From Marsupella aquatica (taxonomy: Eukaryota; Plantae; Marchantiophyta): 64,000 nt of DNA. Under the pieces are notes generated by a model. That model was not told the origin of the DNA and ran no database searches. It worked only from the letters and a program-made list of their open reading frames with translations. Position numbers and translations under genes: made by a program. Below, one piece after another: positions 52,001 to 63,785 of this stretch (position 1 is its first letter; every line of letters begins with the position of its first letter). Where the stretch lies: positions 16,165,420 through 16,229,419 of the forward strand of contig OZ316898.1 of the NCBI GenBank assembly GCA_973895155.1, read 5' to 3'.

Positions 52001-53715
52001 GGTGCGCTTCTAGGATAAATACCTGTGCAGCGGGGACTTTAGGGCCTCATTCTTAAGCAAGTTTTAGTGCACCAGCAAGGCTGGGATCAAGTAGTAAAAG
52101 AAGCTCTTGGTTAGTTATGCAATGACTCTTGTGTATATTCATGTTTCCTCATGCCTAAGAGTTGAATAGAGTTGGCCTTCTAGCTTAGTTCGCAGATCTT
52201 GTGTATGAGAAGTACTCTTTGTATGGCAGTTGCATGGTCTAACTTAGTTAGTATGAGTCATCTTTCTAGTTGTGTGTTGCATCAACTTGTGTAAAGATTG
52301 CCCACATCAACTATAGGAGAGAAAAGAAGTAAGTGAAGTTATCATGAGCAGGGAGAGTTGGATGTGTTGAGCTGAGAGGAATCTTAGCGGCTACCCAAGC
52401 CGATTGGGCATCATTCCGGGGGCAAAATCCAAACAAACCTGAAGGGAGACCGATAGAAGAGAATAAGGAGAGGCCTAGAGTAGGCCAATCGCATATCTCA
52501 TGACCCGATGAAGGATCTGTCCAGTATATATGGGTAAAAGGTTAGTAAAGAAGTTTTAGCAACGTCCCATGCCGATAAGCCGCGGAACCGGCCTTGGCAA
52601 GAGCGAAACCGGTGGAAATTGGCTTGTTTAGGGCGGGTTCTTGGGTTTAGAGAGCCATGGGACGCACCACGGCCATAATCAATATGTCATCCACATAGAG
52701 CACAAGAATGAGTAAACTAAATACACCATTCTTGACTGATTTTGTATACACACAAAGGTCATACACCATCCTAGTGAATCCTTGTGCAAGCATGAAATCA
52801 TCAGATTGCTTGTTCCATTGCTGAGGAGCTTGCTTCGATCCATATAGGGACTTAAGCAACCTACAAACTAAACCCTTCTTCACAAAGCCCACTGGTTGCC
52901 TCTTGAAAATTTATTCTTCCAAGGTGCCATAGAAAAAAGCAATAACAACATCCATTTGATCTAACACCAGATTAAAAAACACAACAAGTTAACACAAAAT
53001 TTGTATCATGGAATACTTGGCAACTGATGAGAAGACCTCATTATAATCCACTCCCTTCTTTTGAGTGAATCCCTTAGCAACAAGCCTTGCCTTGTATATC
53101 TTGTCTCCTCCATCTGAAGAGTTGTCCTTCAGCTTGTAAATCCACTTGCTGTCCACCACTTGTTGATCATTTGGCAGTTGCACCAGCTCCCATGTTTTGT
53201 TGTCACTTAAAGATTGCAACTCTCTCTACATAGCTGCATTCCATTTATCTTTTTTGTCTGAAATGCACGCATCATGATATGAAGAAGGTTCTCCTTCTTC
53301 CAAGATCAGTGCCCTCTCATCATCATCAGGTGCAATGTCAGCATCGTCTAGCCTTGATGAATCTTTCCACTGTCCATACCTGGAAGGAGCTCTAGTAAAA
53401 CGGCTGAAAGTTCTTCTAGTAGACAATTCAGGCTGATTTTTTGCTACTGCTGCTGGCTGAATTTGAGATACACCAATATCAATCTGCTCCTCTTGTTCCA
53501 GTATAAGAACTAGCTCCATACCCGGAGCATCTCTTTCTCTCCTATCATGAACATCATCATGACTTATCTCCCCCCCAACCGGGTCCGGGATATGAGATTT
53601 TCTCTTATTAGTATAGGAGCCCTAAGAACTCTCCCCCTCCTTTGATGATCTGGATTCATTAAAGGAAACATCTCTACTGACAATTAACTTAGAGGTTACT
53701 GGATCCCATAACCAA

Positions 53716-55204
53716 AGTCACGGAACTCAACTACCTTAACACTTAGCTCCAGTGTCGCTGACTCCAGCGCCAAGCTCCCTTATGGTCCAAGCCCAGATAG
53801 GCCACCCGAGGAGGACTTAGCATGGGGAGACTTGTGGGCATTGAGACGGGGCACTAGCCAAGGCAAGGCGCCAAGCTGGTGACACACACTAAGGACTTAG
53901 ACTAGATGAGAGCTGGTCGGGTCAAGGGGAAAAGGGTCGGGCTCAAGGTCAATCATTCGGACCCCCATACGGACTTTGAGTTTTGAGGGCTTGAGTGAGA
54001 GCTCTCCTTGGGCCCAAGGCCAATGGAGTTGACGCCATGGGCAACGGACGCTTGGGGCGCGAGTTATGGCCCGATCCGGGTTTGGCCGATTGGAGGCCCC
54101 AAGCAGCAATGAGATCTGAGGGCCTAGGCATGAGCATTGGGTCAGCCCAATCACAACGGGCTAAGGCACTTTGCTTGCAGACGCTTAGCGAGAAGGTTAT
54201 GGGCGTTGCCAGTTGGTGGCGCGCCTAGGACATGCGGGATAGGATGCGGGTTGTGGCCTAAAACGTTGAGGACCATAGTTGGTCCACGGGTGTCAGGTCT
54301 TCAGAAGCATATATGAGGGGAGTGGTGTCTCCCTAGGGGCTAAGGGCAAGCCAAAGTTGTGAGCCGTGGCGGTCGCGACACTAAGGGAAAATGCCTAACG
54401 GAAATGACGATAACTTCTCAATGGGAAGTCCGTTGGAGGACTTCTTGGGCGCGTTGGAAAGCTTTGAAGGAGGAATAAATCTTCTTGAGCTTAGCTGGGT
54501 TTAGGGCACTGTAGGTTCTCACGGTTTGCAGGTGTTATCACGCCCACTTGCCAAATCCTACCAAAACAACAGCCAAGCCACGTTCAGTCTCTCAAGGGAG
54601 CTTGCGTTGGGGAGGCAAGGCCAAGTACGCATGGAGGTTGAGTTCCAAGGGCACTTGGCCCCTAGACCATCAGTGGGGTAGGAACCGGGAGTTGGTTGCT
54701 AGAGTTGGGGCCATTCTGGTCCCTGCGCATTGGGACAAGCTTTAGGGCAAGCTATGCTAATTTGGCCATGAGCATGTCCTGGGGGCAGAGCGGTCAGTTG
54801 GTGATAGATAGGTATGAGGGGAAACCCGGGCCGCGCCCAAGGAAGGAGCTATTCTGGACAAATAGTGGGCGTGGGTTCAAGTTCCGACTTATGGCATTGG
54901 GAGTACCTATTGCTGACCTACTTACCAATGTCTGTTGATCTTGAGTTAGGATGCTAGACTTGGGGAGTTCTAGATCCTGAAGGGTTACTTACTGAGACGC
55001 TTGGTTGCTTGTGTAGACAGTGAGGACCGTTGAGTAGAGGTCGTGTTGGAGAGCAAGTGCGGCTTTGTATGGGAGGGGCTACTAGTGGTGCAAGGGGCAC
55101 TAGGTTTCTTGCTCAAAGTATTCTATGGAGGCCTTTGGGCACTAGAGGCACTTAGGCATGGGTTTTGGGATTGGTGAGGGCGCTGGGTGACAAGGTCCAC
55201 TACT
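53716..55204 (+). repeat. 5' LTR (~1.49 kb)
   Basis: 53837-55204 aligns to 60926-62294; followed by the PBS. Confidence 0.88.
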
Positions 55205-55206
55205 TG

Positions 55207-55218
55207 TGGTATCAAAGC
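55207..55218 (+). other. Primer-binding site, tRNA-iMet type
   Basis: TGGTATCAAAGC (consensus TGGTATCAGAGC), 2 nt after the LTR. Confidence 0.85.
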
Positions 55219-55348
55219 AATTGCCGGCATAGACACTAGGCTGGAGTTGTGCTAGGTCGGAATCCAAAAATCTTAACTAATTTTTGCGAGGACTTAGTGC
55301 TTCAACATGCCTGGCGGGTGACTGCGAGCAGATTTGGTTGTTGGGGAC

Positions 55349-56360
55349 ATGGCAAAAAACACACAGTCAAAGAGTGGCAAACATGCTTCCCTCGCCAAGG
55401 AGAGAGCCCAAGTTCAAGAAAAATAGAAGGAGGAAGGGTCAACTTCCCTAGATGAACGTTACAAGCAGGACGACGAGGACATGGTGGCCAAACCATCAAC
55501 TGCCGCAGCAAACACATCAAGTGCAGAGCATTGTCAACTTAAAGGAAAGGAGGTGGCCAATCCTTCAAAGGACGGGTCAAACGATGGCGGCTCCGACTCA
55601 GATGGAAGCGATGATGGTTCAGAGGCTGAATCAGAGGAAGAGGGTTAGGACCCCAAAGAGGAACTAATCCCAGCCTTGAGAGGATGATGTTGAGTCGGAC
55701 GTCAATGTGGATAATTTGACCAAGCAAAACCAGGGCGATGTGGGTGATGCCTTAGTCTGGGAGGTCATGGTGCCTATAGGTTGCAGGGGGTGTCACCAAA
55801 ATCCACAAAGGAACCTAAGGACAGCCCAACCGCTGACGATGGTTTGGGTCCGTTGACTCAAGACCAATGACTCATTTATGAGCAGTTGGAACACAAAAAG
55901 GGGGCCCAGATTAAGTACTTACTTAGTCTAGGTAGTCAGAGTGCGACGCGTCCCAAGGGGGGAATGGTAGTTGGACGGAGTATGTTCTAAGTGAACCAAC
56001 TACCGACTCCTCCAACTTGCGATGGGGCCTATGAACAAAGTGGACAAAAGTTCTTGAGTTGGCTCTCCACAATGGAGATTCATCTCCAAGCGTGTGTTGA
56101 GTGGTCCACTTGGGCTACCGCAGCCGCTCCTTACCTGAAGGACTATACCTTGACTTGGTACAAGTCTTGGAAGAAGTTGCGAGAGGACTCCTAGCCGTTA
56201 ACTTGGGAAAACCTGGTTGAGGGTCTTCGTGCTCACATCACCACTAAGTACCCAGAGCGGCACGCTCAGAAATGTGTAACGGAGATGAGCTTCAGGGGTG
56301 ATGTCCAAAAGTTCATAACTTATTACCAGAACCAGTTGGTGTGTATCCCAATGTCATGAG
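55349..56360 (+). pseudogene. Ty3/Gypsy gag remnant
   Basis: PPTCDG..FLSWLSTME..AAPYLKDYTLTWY..LTWENLVEGLRAH..GDVQKFIT; start approximate. Confidence 0.75.
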
Positions 56361-57514
56361 GTTTTTTTCCTAAGGGAGAAATCCTCATGTTTGGCTAGTA
56401 CAAAAGAAGAGAAAGAAAAAGGATGAACATGCAACTTTTGCATTTTTATGGATGGATAAGTGAAAAATGATATTATGAGAGTAGTTTTGAGCCAATGAGG
56501 AGTTGGTTGGCGAGTCCTACATGGCTAGATTTCATTGGTGTTCCTTTTTCCAATGAAGTTGAGTTTGACAAAAATGGACCAATGACATAAGTTTTTGCAT
56601 TTCTTACTATATTTAGTAATGGGAAAATAGAGTGAGTTGGTGAGATTATTTGTTGACCATTGACGTCACCGGTAATTTGGGTCTAATGGTTGTGATGATG
56701 AAGTGACTTTCATTTGTTGCATATTTGGCTTAGTCTTAGCCATTTATTTATCATTTGATTATAGTCATGGGGCTTGTTTTGGAGATAGAGAGTTATTTTG
56801 AAGGGTTAAAACCCTGGTTACTTGTTTGAATGGTGTGGTGGTGGCTTGGGGTTTGAGTATGGAAGGGGTAGGTCATGCATGGCATGCTGGCTGCCCCCTA
56901 CTTGCTGTCACGCCAAAAGATTCATCATCAATCGGATTTCAGCTTAGGCGGCCATAAACTCCGTTAATATTGAGGTTCGGGCAAGGAGGGAAGTGCATAC
57001 AATACCGTATTCTCCTAACTTGACACTAAATTTACCCAATCCTATTCTTACCCGTATCATAGGTATACTTTGTATTCCGCCGCCAGAACATACCCCAAGT
57101 TGATAGGTGGATCGACCCCGGCTTAGGGACTTATAAACCTTTGTGCTGTCCGCCTCCCATCCGGATCCAATGATTCGGGTATTTAACTTGGGCTCGCAAC
57201 CATTATCCGTAGCCGTCACCCCGTGCGCAGCTTGTACAATGCGTTTGGCCAAGCATTCTATACCCGTATACAAGACTAATGAACATAACAGCTTACACAC
57301 ATACAATCTCGGTTTACACGAAGGAAATGGTGGGGAAAGACTTTCAATTATAAATCCGTCATATGTACATATACGGTTGACTCAACTTCTTTGGGGAATA
57401 AATAGCCCAACGGCAATGAGGTGTACACTACAACAGAGCCCGGCTCCGCACTCGCCTGACAAGCTTAGTTGTACCCTCACTCCGTGGTACTCTTCTATTC
57501 ACTAAGGTTGAGAC

Positions 57515-57801
57515 CTCGGGGGGTTAACTTAGTGTATATTTTGGGGTACCACGTGCAATCCTAGCCTAATATAAACACACCTATTTTATAATGGGAATAT
57601 TCCAAAAGCATTCTCTATTTTCAATATTAATGACCTATTTCACTTTATAAAAGGTATATATTAGATAATATTCTATAAATATGGGTCTATAATACCTTCA
57701 TTTGTTTCCTACACTTTTAAAAAATTTAGCTAATTTCTATGAAAAATAACTATTTTGGATCGCACTTGGTTCCTAAGATTTTTGATAGTCAACCCCCCGA
57801 G
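57515..57801. mobile_element. 287-bp MITE, TIR CTCGGGGGGTT.ACT, TSD GTTGAGAC/GTCGAGAC
   Basis: 14/15 TIR; AT-rich interior; 8-bp (or 9-bp) TSD with one mismatch. Confidence 0.88.
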
Positions 57802-58100
57802 GTCGAGACTCCCTGCACATCCGCAGATTCCCAATTCAAAACCCAAAGTCCCCCTATTGCCTCTATCGGGGGTGCACTAAATACTAAGAGCCGTGGCCAG
57901 GAGTGGTCACGTGGGGTCACGTGCTCGAGTTCTAGCTTGTGCTGATCCTAGCTAAACACCAGTCCGCTAAATGGCTTGTCGTTACCCTAAGATGCTATGC
58001 TAAGAAAGGTTTTTAGCGCCGCTCTAACTAGTTTTGGTGCTTGGTGGTAGAGTCCTACTTTTGTGGCTAAACCTACGCTACTCTAAACTACCGGCGCCGC

Positions 58101-60716
58101 CTAATGTCTAGCCTGCTTGTTAGATCCGCCCGAGTGGGACTTGGATTGGCCGTCCCGCTGCCTCCTCAGCCGGTTGACGTCCTGCTTGAGGATCGGACCT
58201 GGTCCATGAGAGAATTGTTCTCTCTCTTCATTGCATCCGTTTCCTCCGCGGCCTCTTGGCATGCCTCTTCCAACTGCTAACCGTCGCTCGTCAACTTGGC
58301 CACCAGTTGGTCTTGTTTAGTGGCTTCTTGTTGAAGTCATGCCACCTCCGCTTTTAGGGCGTCCACCTCGGCGGTATCTCATTGGGCCCAAGTATTGGCT
58401 TCCTCTACGTCCTGCTGTTAGATTATAGCTTGCCCCTTCAAACTATCAATCTGGGCTCGGAGTCATGAGATCTTGGCGTCCTTCTCGGCTCCGGCTTGCT
58501 TGGCCAAGGTGAACTTGGCCTCGGTATTGGTGACTTGGGCAAGGGCCATCGCCAGTTGAGGACGGAGAACCTGCAACTGAGTATCCCGGTGTGCCATTTT
58601 TCCTAAGAGTTGGGCGGTCTCAACTTGGTACCACTCAATCTTTGCTGTGGCTTCAGCCTGTGCCTGTCCCGATTTCACCGCTGCCACCAGCTCCTGGCTG
58701 AAGAAGTAGGCTACCTTGCGGGCCATGAACTCCCCCATCTCTCGGCTAATTTGTTGGGAGAAGTCTCCCAGCAGCCCGTTCAAATATGTGCCCGGTGCAA
58801 AGAGTTCCGGGTTCACCAAGTTGTGCCCACTTGGGGTCGGGAAAGGACAGACCTCTACTCGGGAAGAGGCCGGGGTTGTTACGTCCAGCCCGGAGGCAGG
58901 ACGGTTAGAGGGGGCGAGGCTCCCAGCCAGAGGGTCTTTTGGCGTTGGTGCGGCTGATACCGCGATTCCCTCTGGACTAATGGCCTTGTGCTTGGGTCCG
59001 GCTTCCTCCGTCTCAACGGTCACTACATGGGCCTGGTTTTGGCTATCCAGGGTTGCAATCACCGCCAAGTTTGGCACCAGAGAGGGTGTCTCAATGGTGG
59101 GTGGTGGGGCCGGGGTGGGCAATACTGGTGCTGGAGTCCGGGCTTTGGGCTGCGGCCGTTGTTCCAACACCGGAAAGACCCATCGGGGTGGAATGAGCTC
59201 GGGCTCATTGAGCCGCGGAAGAGTTTGTCAATCAAAACGGGCGTACCACTCAATAATAATCTTGAGGTGGCTTGCAAGGTACGCCTTCCCCCTGAGGTAC
59301 ATGGTCTTCCTTTGTCGCTCCATTTCCTCGTGGAACTTCCTGACAAAGAAGGAAGCCCACTTCTAGGCTGATAGTTCTTGACCTGGATCACTTGTGCTGT
59401 GGATATCTCTCCCCGCAGCTCCATCATGTGGAGGGCGTACTGCTAGAACTCCAGCTGCTTTGCAATCTCCGGGATGAGTCATGTTCTCATCAGGAAGCCG
59501 TTGTCCACCGAATTCTTGGGCGAGAAGCTTGAGGATTGTTATTTTGCTCCCTTGCCCCCTGGTGCTCGTGACTCCACTCGGTTTTGACCCTTGGGTAGGC
59601 CAAAAATGATCTTAAGCCGCTCCTCATTCAAAGGCATTACCCGTCCGTGCGCATGGGTTTGTTGGTGGGTCTCATCAAAGTTTTGGATGAACTCCGTCAT
59701 GTCTAGCCTGTAGTACCTGCAAGTGTTCCAAGGGAGGGCAACGAGGTGTTTGAACCCTTTTAGGTATGCTGCATGCTTTGGATGGAAGATGTTTTTGTGA
59801 ACATTCTCCCCCATGCAATGCATGATCAACTTGGCCACGTCGACAGTGGCCATGGGTAAACCGGATACTGCAGCCGGCTCCTTCCTCTTCCTTCCCCGAA
59901 AATTGTTCCCAGGATGGCTTGTAGAAGGGGACATCTCCCCGTCTTCCCTATCCGGTAGGGGTAGTGCGACCGCAATCAGAACTGGTGTCGGGGCCGCAAC
60001 GGTCACCGTGTTGTCTATCGGAGCCGTTTCTTGGGTCCAAGCTTGTGCGAGCAGCGATGTGTTACCCGGCCCGTGTTGGTGTGCCCCCAGTGGTCTCCAA
60101 ACAAGAGGAGGATGAGCCTCCTCGTCCTCTGAGCTAATGTTCTCCGCATTCACCATGGATCGTACCCAAATGGGTGGTGCTGCCGGTGGTGGAGAGCGAC
60201 TTGAATGAGGCCGAGGCGGTGGTTGCAATGGTGCCAATGTGTTGGCTGTGGGTGTAGCTGAAGGCGATGCCATAGGATTCAGAAGATCGGAAGGGAAGCC
60301 GAGTGATGCTAGGATTGACAACTTGCTTGGATTTGGGCTACCAAATTGATAGTCAAGGAAGGATTGAACTTTGGCGGGTATATGGGCGAAGTGATGACGT
60401 TGCAAGTCCACCGTGCCTGGGATCGTGAAGACTTTGTCCGGGAGTCAAAGGAGCGCTTCTCCAAGCCGAGGTACTTTGAACCGTCAAAGAAGAATTTGGC
60501 GAACCTGTCGTCTTGACAGAGTTTGCTCTGAAAGGGAAGATTGAGTTTGTTGTTGTAGTGAGAGCGCCCGGCCAAACGGATGAGTTGTTCATACTCTCTT
60601 TCAGCTTTGTACCTACGCGGGTTGAATCCGACAAGCGTTTTTGCTAGATGATTACCAATGGACAAAAATTGAAGCCAAAAGCGAATGGCCAAATTGGACA
60701 TAATAGTGACAGACAT
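58101..60716 (-). pseudogene. Gypsy 3' accessory gene (copy 2, most complete, ~870 codons)
   Basis: ORF pieces 60309-60716, 59539-60411, 58463-59170; homologous to 33457-35677. Confidence 0.78.
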
Positions 60717-60925
60717 ATGGTGAGGTATGGTGGATAGCTAAGGAAGGAGCAGATGAGCTGGGATCAAAGCTAGCGCAAGGAGTGAAGTGCCAATAATAAG
60801 CAAGGGAATGACTCACCTTTTATACCCTGGTGGGACGTCGGTCAATTGGCCCTTGCCCTTTTCTGATAGGCCAAGCTTTTCACGCTTACAGTGTACCGGC
60901 CAGCCACGTACTTGGCAATGAGACA

Positions 60926-62294
60926 GGCAATGAGACGGGGCACTAGCGAAGGCAAGGTGCCAAGCTGGTGACACACACTAAGGACTTAGACTAGATGAGA
61001 GTTGCTCGGGTCAAGGGGAAAAGGGCCGGGCTCAAGGTTGATCTTCCGAAACCCCGGATGGACTTTGAGTTCTAAGGGTTGAGTGAGAGCTCCTTGGGCC
61101 CAAGGCCAATGGAGTTGACGCCATGGGCAACGGACGCTTGGGGTGCAAGTTATGGCCCGATCTGGGTTTGGCTGATCGGGGGCCCCAAGCGGAAATGAGA
61201 TCTGAGGGCCTAGGCATGAACACTGGGTTGGCCCAATCACAATGGGCTAAGGCACTTTGCTTGCGGACGCTTAACGAGAAAGTTATGGGCAGTGCCAGTT
61301 GGTGACGCGCCCAGACATGCGGGATAGGATCCGGGTCGTGGCCCAAAAAGATGAGGACCAAAGTTGGTCCGGGGGTGGCAGGTCTCCAAAAGCATATATG
61401 AGCGAAGTGGTGTCTCCTTGGGGGCTAAGGGCGAGCCAAAGTTGTGAGCTGCGGCGGTCACGACACTAAGGAAAAATGCCAAACGGAAATAACGATAACT
61501 TCCCAAAGGGAAGTCCGTTGGAGGACTTCTTGGGTGTATTGGAAAGCTCTCAAGGAGGACTAAATCCTTATGAGCTCATTTGGGTCTGGGGGGAGCCGTA
61601 GGTTCTTGAGGTTTGCGGGTGTTATCACGTCTGCTTGCCAAATCTTGCCAAAATAGCAGCCAAGCGGCGTTCAATCTCTCAAGGGAGCTTGCATTGGGGA
61701 GGCAAGGCCAAGTACGCATGGAGGTTGAGCTCCAAGGGCACTTGGTCCCTAGACCATCAGCGGGGCAAGAACCCAAAGTTGGTTGCTAGAGTTGGGGCCA
61801 TTCTGGTCCTCGCGCGTTGGGACAAGCTTTAGGACAAGCTATGCTAATTTGGCCATGAGCATGTCCTAGGGGCAGGGTGGTCAGTTGGTGATGGATAGGT
61901 ACAAGGGGGAACTTGGGCCGTGCCCAAGGAAGGAGCTGTTCTGGATAAATAGTGGGCGTGGGTCCTGGTTCCGGTTTATGGCATTGGGAGGACCTATCGC
62001 TGACCTACTTACCAATGTCTGTTGAGCTTGAGTTAGGATGCTAGACTTGAGGAGAACTTCTAGATCTTGAAGGGTTACTTACCAAGACGCTTGGTTGCTT
62101 GTGTAGACAGTGAAGGCCGTTGAGTAGCGGTTGTGTTGGAGAGCAAGTGCGGCTTTGTATAGGAGGGACCGCTAGTGGTGCAAGGGGCACTAGGTTGCTT
62201 GCTTGAAGTATTTTGTGGAGGCGTTCGGGCACCAGAGGCACTTACGTGTGGGTGGTGGGATTGGTGAGGGCGCTGGGTGGCATGGTCCACCACT
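60926..62294 (+). repeat. 3' LTR, missing the first ~120 bp
   Basis: Direct repeat of 53837-55204. Confidence 0.88.
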
Positions 62295-63764
62295 ACCTAT
62301 AACCTTTACACCTTTGTGATATCCAAGGAAAATGCACTTCCTCGACTTGGACTCCAACTTAGACCAGAGCTGGGAAGGTGTAAGCACATAAGCATCACAT
62401 CCAAAAACCCTTAAATGTGAATAATCCGCTTGACGTCCGTACCTCATTTCAAATGGCGTCTTGAATCCAATTGCACTGGATGGAGAGAAGTTTACCAAAT
62501 AAGCTGTAGTGTTAACAACTTCTGCCCAAAATTCATGTGGTAAGCATGATTGGCTCAACATACTCCTTGAGCGCTCCAATAGTGTTTGGTAGAGTCTCTC
62601 AGAATACCATTTTGCTGAAGAGTATAACTTGTTGTGAGATAACATGTAATCCCTTGCTCTTTACAATATATTCCAAATTCACCATAACCGTATTCACTGC
62701 CGTTATCTGATCAAAGATATCTCACCTTGTTACCAGTTCCAATTAGACTTATTGTATAGAAAGTATATCCACACATACCTTGAGTAATTGTCAATGAACA
62801 TAAACTCTTCTAGAATGTGAGGGAGTAGGGGCTGGTCCCCATGACTACAAGATACTCAAGTACCTCCTTGCTTGTGTGAGTTCCAACTCCAAAGGGTGTC
62901 CTGTGTAAGTTGCTTTCTAAGCACACAATGCTCACAGAAATCTAACTTACAAGATAGTAAATTAGAAAGTAATCCTTTTTTCTGAAGAACAGCCAAACCT
63001 TTTTCACTCATGTGACCCAATTTGAAGTGCCACAGCCGGGCCGTCTTCTCATGAGATAAGGTTATATTGGCTTCATCACAAACTACATTGCCCTCCAAAA
63101 CGTATAGATTTTTATGCCTTTTTTCCGTCAACACACACTTTAGTACCAGTTGAAACCTGAAGGACACCATTATTTAGCAAAACTCTACTGATGGCCATTT
63201 GCTTCTAACACTCCAAGTGAAGTAAAAAATTTCATCATACTGGGAATACGTCTCACATTCCTCAACATCCTCACAACATCATTAAACATTTGAAATCTCA
63301 CAGATCCAAGTCCAACCACTTGACATCAACACTAAACCGTTGGAAACCGTGTAAGAACATAAAAGATCTCTCATAGAGAAAATATGAAAGATATATGCAC
63401 TATCTAGTATCCAATCATCATCACCTGGATGTGACACTACGTTGAGAGCAAAACCTTGGTATCATAAAATGTCATCATTGAGTAAATCAATCATATCAAC
63501 ATCAGTGGCTGCGTTTGCTGATGGTTGATAAGTCTGCTTGACTTGACAGTCTCTCTTCATATGGCCAGTCTTGCCACATTTTCAGCATGTAATCGGTTTC
63601 CTTTCTAGAGATTTCTCTCTAGACCTAGATCTAGACTTAGACCTAGCCTTGTACTTGCCTCTATTTTGTGAAGGGTATGATTGTGAAAAAGACTTATTTT
63701 CTCCAGTCATCCGTTGTTGAGTCCTCCCATGGTTCACATTCAACACAGAGCCGGATGACTGGAG

Positions 63765-63785
63765 TTTAGGGTTTAGGGTTTAGGG
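63765..63785 (+). repeat. Interstitial telomeric tract (TTTAGGG)3 within Copia gag
   Basis: tttagggtttagggtttaggg. Confidence 0.85.

Larger units (their letters stand above)
37122..52671. mobile_element. 15.5-kb LTR-type insertion without gag/pol or LTR pair (giant solo LTR or deletion derivative)
   Basis: GCCAC|TGTGATGC ... GCACCACG|GCCAT; removal restores Copia RT DDILIMAKD. Confidence 0.75.
53716..62294 (+). mobile_element. Gypsy-type LTR retrotransposon derivative with AGT...ACT termini
   Basis: ACCAA|AGTCACGG ... CCACCACT|ACCTA; two homologous LTRs; PBS; gag remnant; pol absent. Confidence 0.85.

Noticed and set aside
53897-54938. ORFs repeated at 60986-61832
   Set aside because: Incidental frames in the two GC-rich LTR copies
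58716-59366. 216-aa plus-strand ORF (and similar antisense ORFs over TE genes)
   Set aside because: Shadow of the minus-strand accessory gene
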